Shown here one piece after another: positions 27,080-37,287 of a stretch of DNA of 64,000 bases (positions are counted from its first letter, which is position 1; every line of letters begins with the position of its first letter). The DNA lies in contig JBHGNT010000020.1 of the NCBI GenBank assembly GCA_043228905.1, positions 5,022,001 to 5,086,000 on the forward strand, given 5' to 3'. A program made the position numbers and the translations under genes. The notes under the pieces were generated by a model, which was given only the letters and a program-made list of their open reading frames with translations, had not been told where the DNA came from and did not search any database. This DNA comes from Azolla caroliniana (lineage: Eukaryota > Plantae > Polypodiophyta).

Positions 27080-28100
27080 CCACTAAGAACATCGGGGAAT
27101 GGATGTCATCTAGCAAGGAGAGAATGTGAGGAGGTAAACCTCAAACACGGGCGAAATCCCGACATGCGGCAGAGCTCACTTTGGAAAAGTTGCAACTAGA
27201 CATTCTCTTACCGGATCTCGATGAAATCGATCAAGTCCACGATCACCAAGTATAGCTCCGTAGGATAGGAGGTTAATATCCGGAGTTTACCCAGACATTG
27301 AAACCACTATGCAAGTGGTTTGGAGGCCAACCACAATGGAAATCTCACACCACTCATGACGGATCGCGTTCACGATAGCCTCAACCTTTACAAGTCCGAC
27401 ACCATGACATGTTCGTATCCCCGCTACAGTGGTGAATCTGACACAGAGGCACATGTGAGGTCATTCCTCAACATGTGACAAGCGAACCACATGTCACAAC
27501 AAGTGGCGGAAGCGGAAGCCAACGCATAAAAAATCGCAAACTTCGGGCTCATCCTAGACAAGATGGTGGCACGGTGGCACTCACACATTGACTTGGCCAC
27601 GATTTCGACCTTCGAACAACTACGAATAGTGTTTCTTCACTTGTTCCATTGCTGTGTTCCACACTGCGAAATCATTGGTCAATTTTACTCGATTCGACAC
27701 TATAGCCAGGAACCCATTTCCGACTTGTGATCGACTTCCAAAATCTCCGAAGCTAGTTAATGCGGCCACCCACTGAAGAGGAGGTTAATGAGACTTTTTT
27801 TGCGGCCTTGTGCAAGCCAATGCACATGACCCTCAGGATGCTTGACTTCACAGGCCACACAACTCATAATGTGATCGACCGAGTACTCCGGTTCGACACA
27901 TAAGAAACAAGTGGAAGCATGTCATTGACTTCCTTACAACAAGCCTTGCTAAGAGATGAAGACCTCTAGTTTAGGCAGGCTATCCAACGCAATGTGCGGG
28001 CGCATTGCCCAATATGCCACTCCTGGGCGCATACGATGGAGCAGTGTGATTATAACCTCCTAAAACGACCCACGGTGTTGGTTCGGCAAATCGAGGCACA
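27080..28100 (+). pseudogene. Degenerate Gypsy gag relic (probably continues at 33451-33950)
   Basis: Gag-like segments YSGESDTEAHVRSFL...FGLILDKMVARWH...FEQLRIVFLHLFH, interrupted by stops. Confidence 0.55.
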
Positions 28101-28104
28101 ACGT

Positions 28105-29680
28105 TGTGAAGATTTTCGACAACGCTGTGAAAATTGAATGGAATGTACAAAATCGAGTGTGGTTCTTCACACACAACATAAAACAATAATAGTGAAGATA
28201 CTATTTTATATTAGTTTAATATCTTGGTACAAAAAGATGGAGGTCTTTAAGAGCTTTCGAATACACTTTACCACATAACAAACGGACAACTAAGTGACAA
28301 GTTATGTGGGTATAAAGTTTGCGAAGAATAAGAAAAAAAACAAAACTACGAGATATCCCACATAGACAGGATAAATAAGGATCCCTAAATATATAAGCAG
28401 GGCCAAAATCTATTACTTTGTGTCTATGAGTGGATCATAGAATGTTCAAGGTGACTTGAGCTAAACTAATTGGTTGAATGGGTATGACCTAACTACTTGT
28501 AAAGGCTTTGGTCGACCGGAACCGAATGATGATTGGCAAGGCTACGAACCATTGAAGCAAGCGAGGCAGCGGCGGTGACCAAACGGACCCGGCAAGGCAA
28601 ACGGATTGGTCGGTTGATCGCGGTGCATGGTGTTTTGAAGATTTTCGGTGTAAATACAAGACCAAAAGCCTAGTAGTATTTTGTGTTTTAAAAGGGATGT
28701 GAGCAAGGCTTGAACCTTACACCTCCAAGTTGAAAGTCAATAGGTTTACCACTAAGCCAAGTCATATCTTCAAAAGCTTTACTTTGATCATTTTACATGT
28801 AAATTCTCATACATGAGAGCTTGAATGAGTGACATGGTTATCATGTAATCTCATGCATGTCTTGCACCCTCACAAGCATCATGTGCATGGGGGCATCTAT
28901 AAAAGAGTGCATGGAGAGCAAAAACAGGCTAGGTATTAATCAAGAAATTAAGAGGAAGAAAATTCGTTACCCCATTTTTGTGATGTATTAATCTTGTCTC
29001 TCAATCTAAAGTCAAGCGTTCTATCTTATCTCAATCTCTCTCTTCAATCTATCTTAAATACTTTCTCGCTAACGCTAGTGCAAACTTCGAATCCTTTCGA
29101 TCCAAAACCTGGCGGTTCCACCTCACGATCTGCAATGGATATTCACGACATAATTAAGTGGTGAACTCAACGTGAAGGAGGCGGTAGGAAGGATTAAGTC
29201 GAGGATCAACCAATACTTGGAGATGGCGTCCTCAAGCATCAAGCGGGAGAGTTCGAAAGGATGATGCTAATCGTCGAACAAATGATGAGATCTCGGGACT
29301 ATGATTCGAGCATGGAGAAGGTTGTCGACCGTGTCGTTGAGCTCGAGTGTCAATTTGATAGAAGGAACATTACGAAGTTCCTTCATGCATACAAAAAAGG
29401 GAAATGAATCAGAGGGACGTGTCTGAAGCGCGTCAAATCACAAGTTTCAAGAGAGTGGTCACCAACAACATCCAAAGGCGCGCCATTGAGCTTCAAGAAG
29501 GGAAGACAACGTGGTCGGAGTTCGCGACGGAAGATTTGTGGAGGATGACTCGACATGCCTTGATGAAGTGGATAGAAAAGAAGAATAAGAGGATAAGCGC
29601 TTCGAGGGTGTACGACGAGTTCGACAATATGTATAATCATCTCCCCACCATGGACCAATTTCAAAGGAAGTATATTTGAC
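28105..29680 (+). mobile_element. 5' remnant of a tRNA-Trp-primed LTR element: LTR ~28105-29150, PBS 29159-29175, gag fragment
   Basis: LTR ends CACGACA; PBS tggtgaactcaacgtga; gag (QFDRRNITKFLHAYKK..ITSFKRVV) is homologous to 31054-32670. LTR start approximate. Confidence 0.75.
28700..28765 (-). promoter_or_regulatory. tRNA-like Pol III internal promoter inside an LTR
   Basis: A box TGGCTTAGTGG (28749-28759) and B box GGTTCAAGCC (28707-28716), 32 nt apart. Confidence 0.65.
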
Positions 29681-30342
29681 GTCGTAATGCGGTGGAGGTG
29701 TGAGAGGAACTCTTCGCATTGTCGTGCATTTCGGCGCCGGATCGTTGTGTGAGTCGGGTGGGAACCGCTAGGGTTTTGGACTTGGAGGAGGAGAGTTTTA
29801 AGGCTAATAAGAATATAAATGGATTATAAGAAAGAGAAATAGAAATTCATGAATCCCACAAATATAATTTTTTTGTTTTATTAATAAGTAATCCTAATTA
29901 TACTTTGGAATAGATTGGAATAGATTGGAATCGATAAGAATAGATTGGAAAAGAAATATATAGAAAACTTGTGAATCCCACAAGCATAGTTTATTTAATC
30001 ATTATTTTTGAACCCTAATGATTTTTCATCCATAATTTTCTCTCCCCCATTACATTGTGCTCCCCATCCTTATATAGTGATGAGTGAGTCTTAGCAATCC
30101 ATGCTTCTTTTCTAACTATAGACTCCATGCTTTTTTTATCTATAGACTATATACTTTCTTCTAAACTTTATGCTTTTCCTAACCTCATGCGTTTTTTTTA
30201 TCGACTATATTGTTCATGCACGCTAGATGTGCATGTGTAGCTTTTTTCTATCATGCGTTTTTCTTCTAAGTAAAGCTTTTTCCTAGAAAGTATGCGTGAA
30301 GTAACATTTCTATGTGGGATATATTTTTTTTTAACCCTCATG

Positions 30343-30412
30343 ATGTGTTAGTGTAATGGTAAGGCTTCAAATTATTAACACGGAGGTAAAAGGTTCAAAT
30401 ATTGCCCTATGC
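30343..30412 (+). promoter_or_regulatory. tRNA-like Pol III promoter in LTR U3 (second copy ~33283-33352)
   Basis: A box TAGTGTAATGG (30349-30359; 33289-33299); B box GGTTCAAAT / GGTTTGAATC (30392; 33332); 32-nt spacing. Confidence 0.55.
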
Positions 30413-31053
30413 AAGTAACATGTATTCTCATATTTTCTTCATTTTCTTCTTCATATTTATTAAATCGGGTACTTTATACATTTTTCACGTAGTGTAGGAA
30501 ATACACTACGACACTCGCCCCCTCCGAACCCGCACATCCTCCGATATGTGCCGAAGTTGTTGGAGCTCATTATTCTCCTTTATCCGTAATACCCTTTGTT
30601 TCTCTCGCAATGCTGAATTTGTCTCTCCATTTTGAGCACATCCATTCTTTCCACCCGAACCATTGTTGTCATCCAATCCACCATATTCTTCGTTCACTGT
30701 TTACATTGCCATGACCGATTGTCATGTCTCCTTGTGCTCCTCTTTAGCATAACCCTTCATGTCTCGTGCATGTGCCACCTTCGTTCCAACCATCTCCTTG
30801 GTCAAGACACTCCGCACTTCGTCCACCTTCATCGTACAATCTCACATTAGAGTTGACAATCTTCATGTTAGAGCCCTCCTTCTTTGTCGAGATCTCATCC
30901 TAGGTAACACCCTTCAAATCCGCTTGGCCCTTGTCATTCGTGGTAGTGTGCCTGCTTGGCATCTTCCTCGTGTTCACCGACCTCGATTGCTTCGACCTCC
31001 GATTGAGTCGGATTAGCTTCTTTCCGGATCGGTCTCGTTTGATTGGCTTTCGG

Positions 31054-32670
31054 CTAGGTAGGCTTCCATCCGTATATCATGTTTGGCTGAATTGGACTTG
31101 GTTTATCGGTTTCGATTGAGTCGGCCCCCTTCCGGTTCGGTTTCGACCGATCGGTTATGGTTTTGGTTGGCTTCCTTTTCCTCGTGTTAACCGGGTTTGA
31201 CTGGTTCGACCTCCGGTTGTGCCGGATTTGCTTCTTTCCGGATTGGTCTCGTCTGATCAACTTCCAACGGGAACGATTTCCATCTAGGTCAGGCTCAACC
31301 AATCGGACTTCGGCCAAATCCACTTCCGCTTGGTTCGGCTTTTGTTTAGATCGGAATTTCAGACGGATCATCTTCCATCTGAACCGACTTCTGAATTTAC
31401 CTTCCTTGCCGCCATATCCCATCTCTCCATTCTCACATTGGTTCTCGGACACAACCGCCGAAGTCTCTAGAATTAGTGGGCAGGAATCCTCGGTATTACC
31501 ATCCTCCGTCATTTCACACATAGCCATCTTCTCGGCTATCTCTACGTCGTATGCACCACCTTCCACCTTTGTTTCCTCTCTGCCACCTTCCGTCTCTTTA
31601 GTCTCACGTTGGCCCTTAGATGCAACTGCCGAAATCTTTGGAATTAGTGGTGGGAAAGTCTCGATACAGCCATCCTCCATTGACTCATCCATAACCACCT
31701 CCGATTCAATGTCATCTTTCGTGGCTACCTCCTCTATCACGTCCACCTCAAACTCTTTATCTCCCTCGATCATGCAAGCATCGATTATGCTTACCCCTTT
31801 CTCACCCGATGTTTCAGACACTCGTATCCCAAAACCTTCTTCCACCCTTGAAGTGGTGTTCGCCACTCTCAAGTCATCGACGTTATCCTTGGCCATTGTT
31901 CTTTCACAAGACAAGAGGGTAGCTTGCTCCACACCCTCTCCCATAGTACCATCATATTGTATTTTGGCCTTCGTATCTGCCACATCGTGCATCCTTAATC
32001 GATCATCCCTTATAAGCCATGTTGTTGCCGACGATATTCTCGTCTTCCTCTTATCATATCTTTGGCATACTCTTTCAACTTCAGCCCAATCCTCGGTAAG
32101 GCCATTTGCACCGTCATCATCTTTGAGTTTGATCCCGATGGCCATCCTTTCCCTTCGATCAATCAATCTTACGAACATTAGAACTTTATCAATCCCCACC
32201 AATCGTTGTTCCCGCTCCGAGAGTTGAGCAAAATGATACTCAAACTCTAGGAATGCTTGTGGCGTGCTTTGGTGGATCTTCACCAATACCATCCACTGGT
32301 CAAACTCGCGTCGATCTCGTCCCTTCCGTCTCTCATAGTCATATCCCTCTCGTAAAGCTTCTTCAAAGGACCCCCATGTTGGGTTTTGTTGTCGTATCTT
32401 GTAGATTCTCTCTTGTAACTCATCCATGGCTACCCGATTGAAGGATATCACTTACAATCCTTCTGATATGCCACATCGCATAATCTCCACCTTGTAGTCA
32501 CGTAGATAGCGTGACACATCCTCTCTGTTGAATTGTCCATTTCGTTGTATGAGTTGCTTTACTGCCGCCGTGATCTCAGACATCGCTCACTGTTCTTGTA
32601 GCATCTGCTTGAACATCATCATCATCGTGTTCATCGCCTCTTGTTGATTCTCCATCTCCTTACCGCCCAT
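31054..32670 (-). pseudogene. Gag-like ORF with acidic middle and Arg/Lys-rich tail (two stops near the N-terminus)
   Basis: ATG directly after the PBS; GQFNREDVSRYLRDY...ISFNRVA...TWGSFEEAL; 465-aa open portion. Confidence 0.75.
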
Positions 32671-34019
32671 TTTCACGCCGGGTTCACCAAATGTGTTGTG
32701 CCTTTCGGCGTCGGATCGTTGCGTGAGTCAAGTGGGAACCACTGGGGTTTTGGACTTGGAGGAGGAGAGTTTTAAGGCTAATAAGAATATAAATGGATTA
32801 TAAGAAAGAGAAATAGAAATTCGTGAATCCCACGAATATAATTTTTTTGTTTTATTAATAAGTAACCCTAATTATACTTTGGAATAGATTGGAATCGATA
32901 GGAATAGATTGGAAAAGAAAGATATAGAAAACTTGTGAATCCCACAAGCATAGTTTATTTTATTAATCATTATTTTTGAACCCTAATGATTTTTCATCCA
33001 TAATTTTCTCCCCCATTACATTGTGCTCCCCATCCTTATATAGTGATGAGTGAGTCTTCGCAATCCATACTTCTTTTCTAACTATAGACTCCATGCTTTT
33101 TCTATCTCTAGACTATATGCTTTTCCTAACCTCATGCGTTTTTTTTATCGTGTTCATGCACGATAGATGTGCATGTGTAGGTTTTTTCTATCATGCGTTT
33201 TTCTTCTAACGAAAGCTTTTTCCTAGAAAGTATGCGTGAAGTAACATTTCTACGTCGGATATGTACTTTTTCAACACTCATGATGTGTTAGTGTAATGGT
33301 AAGGCTTCAAATTATGAACATGGTGGGACAAGGTTTGAATCTTGCCCTATGCATGTAATATGTATTCTCATATTTTCTTCATTTTCTTCATATTTATTAA
33401 ATCGGGTACTTTATATGTTTTTCACGTAGTGTACGAAATACACTACGACAACGTTGTGTATGACAACATCGATGGAGTGCATTGCATATGACAACATCAA
33501 TGGAGTGTCTAAGTACAAGAGGTTATTCAAAGAGCTTTGCTCAACATGGATCCGTCTATGAGGAGGCGTAGAGGACAAGTGGTTCAAGATAGATCGCTTC
33601 AAGGCAGCCTTGAGTCCTTACTTTGCAATGGAGGTGAATTTGAAGGACCCAACGAATTTTCAAACTCTTCTACAAGTGTGTCAAATATATGATAGACAAC
33701 TAAAATTGATGCGGATGGAAGTTGATACAATGGTGGCGATAGGGGTGCGAATGTGGTGCCGACTCTAAACGCTCCACTTCTATCCTCTATGTTAGATCGA
33801 GGACAGGTTTTTCCGAACATATTTAATTCTAATATAACTAACCAAGCTACTATACCAATGATGCGAGGTGTAGATAATCGAAGAACTAATGGAAATTTCC
33901 CCGAAATAATGAAGCTCTTGAAGACATCTATCTTTCCATATCAAACCATTAAGCTAATCTTAAATAATTATTTTACTAGTTTTCATATCGTGTGTGAAAA
34001 ACGACACGACACCGGAAAT

Positions 34020-35591
34020 ACTTGAAAACTTTGCTTTTCTACTCTATGAGGTAGATCCATGTGTGTCGGTTGTAGTCATCAATGAAGGAGATGAAATATT
34101 AGCTCCCGCCAAGAGTAACATTTTGTGTCGGTCCCCATACATCCGAATGTATTAGATCGAGCTTGTTATGGCTCCGATTTCTTTTGGTGGAGAATGGAAG
34201 ACGGTGTTGTTTCCCGAGCTGGTAGGCTTCACATATTTGGGCCTTCCGGCCACTAAATTTCGGCAATTCGAAAACAACCTATTTCAATTGCAGGTCTTGA
34301 GTCCTCTAATAGTTGACATGGCCAATCCGCTTGTGCCATAGGTCGATATCCGATTCGACCTTCTGTCCTTTTGCAAACATAGCGGTGCCTATGTCGTTGG
34401 TGTCGAGAATAAACATCCTCTCGTCCATGCGCCCTTGCACAATTATTCGGCCTTCTTCCTCGATGAAGCACCGGAGGTGTGTAAACTGCACTTGCATCCC
34501 TTGGTCGACGATTTGCCTGACCGACACCAGGTTCTTTGTGATTGTCAGAACATGTAGTACGTCCATCAACTTTCCCTTTTGTCCGACATGGCTTAAAGGG
34601 ATTTCTCTGACATGCACAATGAGGTGAGGAGTGTCATCTCCGGTTTCGACAACTCCTGGTTGCTCCGTCTTTTCCAGAAACGAGAACCACTCTTCGTGGC
34701 TCATCATGTGGTTAGACACTCCAGAGTCAACGTACCACACTTCCTCTTATCCGGAAGTGGTCTTCTTCATCAAGTTCGCCTTGTGTTTCATCACAAAGGC
34801 TTGCCCTTCTCCGGTCTCACCGATTCCGGATCTTTCTGATCCTTCAACGTAGTGCAAGATTTGCAAGTTTCCTTTTCTGACTTTACCGTATCCAGATTTA
34901 TCCGAATTGGCACACTTCTTCCAACATTCGCTCTCTTTATGGCCCTTCCGGCCACAATACCAACATTCTATTACGGTCTTCTCTTGCCAGTTCCTGACGC
35001 CGCTTTGACTCCCCTTGCTTGTGGAGGGTCCGGAATGTTGTCAGCACTATCTCCGTGCCTCCGGTTCTACTCTTGCCGGCTGCTGCTATTGCGTGCTGAG
35101 CCACCTTGTCCTCTATGCCCAGGGGCCGATCCGCCTCCATGTACAACATCCGATTGTCCAATTGAGTGGTTCTCGATTCTCGACCCACTCACATGGTTTT
35201 CTTCGACCATCAGCATTGATTGCAGGTCGAAGAAGGACGGTAGTTTCTCCCGGGTGCAAATCGTCGTCCGAAATGGCCCATACCATTGTGCTAGACCACC
35301 GAGGCAGATCTGAACCATCTCATCCTCGTCCACCGTCACGTTGATGGAACCGAGCGCATCGCAGATCTCCTTGATCTTGGTGGTGTAATCGGTGACTAAC
35401 ATGTCCCATGGCCGGATACTATTGAGCTCTTGCCGGAGCTACAACTTCTGAGCCATGGTACTTGCAGCAGAAATCTTCCGAAGATTTTCCCAGGCCTCTT
35501 TTGGCGTTTTTGCATCCTTGATGTAGCCAAGCATCTGGTCATGCACACAAGATGCAAGACAGTACAATACTCTGCTCGCTCCTTGTTCCCA
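34020..35591 (-). mobile_element. Internal Copia fragment (gag, PR, integrase start)
   Basis: WEQGASRVLYCLASCVHD, WYVDSGVSNHM, LWHKRIGH; same family as 16184-26469. Confidence 0.88.
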
Positions 35592-37287
35592 TACCGGGAA
35601 TGACGCGGAAATGACGCTTAGCCACAAGCGAGTCTTCAAACAACGAATGGAAGAGAGAAAACTGAAAATAAGATGACACAGAATGTTAACATGGAAAACC
35701 CTAAATGGGAAAAACCACGGGAGCCCACAGACTCCAACTATCACTATGAGGGGAGGAATACAATGTGAGACTTAGAGGCAACGACCTCGAGCTCTATGTC
35801 TTCGCCAGCCAGCAGTTACAACAGAAACTACTACTGTATCTCTCTCTCTCACTTTCTCATACTCTGTGTACAAGGATGATACAACAACTACTACACCATA
35901 TTCACATAAAGTGATTGCCCTAAGTCATATTTATACTTATATGACATTTGGGCTATTTACAAACATAACCTTAATAGGCTAACCATCAAACATATTTACA
36001 CATATGTCCTTCGATCCGGTTTACGCCGGATCAATCCGAATTCACTTGATCTAGTTTCCAGGTCTCATCCAGAACCCTTCCGGATCCGGATCCGGTTCCT
36101 TCATCCGACTCGTCTGATCCGGCTCCTCCGGTTCTCATCCAGATCTCATCCGGAGGGACCAAATTCCTAACAAACTCCCCCTTCACTCCGGCATGGGATT
36201 TCTCGTTAATCCAATCCGTTTTCGGCACGTGTCCAGTTTGTCATCTGACAACACCTTGGTCAGCATATCCGATCCGTTCTCGTTCGTGTGGATCTTCGTC
36301 AGCACAAAGTCTTGATCTTCTACTCTCTCTCAGATCCAGTGATACCTCCGTTGGATGTGATTCGTCCAGGAATGGTAGGCCGCATTCTTCACAACCTGGA
36401 TGGCACTTTGGTTGTCGCAATAGAGCCGGAATTCCTTCTGCCGGATTCCTAGCTCTCCGATGAAGTCCTTCATCTAGATTATCTCGTTGTCGACTTCCAC
36501 ATCTGCCATGTACTCCGCTTCCATTGTCAACAGTGGAACGGACTTCTGTAGCCTCGGCTGCCATGATACAGCTCCCCTTGCATAAGTCATGACATATCAG
36601 GATGTAGACCTTCTGGTATCCGCATCAGCCGACATCGAAATCCGTGAATCCATCAAGTTGGGGTTTATCGGAGCCAAACTGGAGGCACATACTCAAGGTG
36701 CCTTTCAAATACTGGAGTATCCACTTGACCGCATTCCAGTGCTCTCTTCCCAGATTGCTCATGAACTGGCTGGCTACTCCGACAACATATGCAATATCTG
36801 GTCGGGTGCACACCATTGCGTACATTAAGCTTCCAATGGTAGAGGCATATGGTATGTTTGTCATATCCGACTTCTCTGCCTTTGTCTTCAGACTCTGCTT
36901 TACGGACAACCTGCAATTTGCCGAAAGTGTCGATCCAACCGGTTTCACCTCTGACATGTTGAACCTTTGAAGCATCTTTGTCACGTACTTCTCCTGTGAC
37001 AACCACAACAACTTCTCTGACCGGTCCTGGATTATGTACATCCCTAATATCTGTCTTTCCGGACCCAAATCTTTCATTGAGAAAGTCTGGTTCAGGGCCT
37101 TCTTCAGAATTCGGATCTTGATTTGGTCTCGTCCGATGATCAACATGCCGTCCACATATAGCAAGAGTATCAAGAAGTCGCCTCCATCAAATTTTGTAAT
37201 GAACATGCAGTGGTCAGCTTGCGTCTTGTGGTACCCTTGGTCGGTCGTGAGGGAGTCGAACTTCTGGTACCATTGCCGGGGGGCTTG
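35592..37287 (-). mobile_element. 3' half of a Tnt1/Tork-like Copia (RT/RH, PPT, LTR 35592-36172)
   Basis: QAPRQWYQKFDS, LLYVDGML, MVCTRPDIAY; PPT ggagtgaagggggag. Confidence 0.88.

Larger units (their letters stand above)
29720..33450 (-). mobile_element. Gag-only (TR-GAG-like) non-autonomous LTR retrotransposon
   Basis: LTRs 29720-30513 and 32694-33450 (TGTCG...CA), PBS tggtgaacccggcgtga 32673-32689, PPT ggagggggcgag 30514-30525. No pol motifs in the 2.2-kb interior and no clean TSD. Confidence 0.9.

Noticed and set aside
28700-28765. Functional tRNA gene
   Set aside because: A/B boxes are present but the acceptor and anticodon stems do not pair properly.
31157-32227. 356-aa antisense ORF
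   Set aside because: Ser/hydrophobic mirror of the Glu-rich sense ORF; no motifs.
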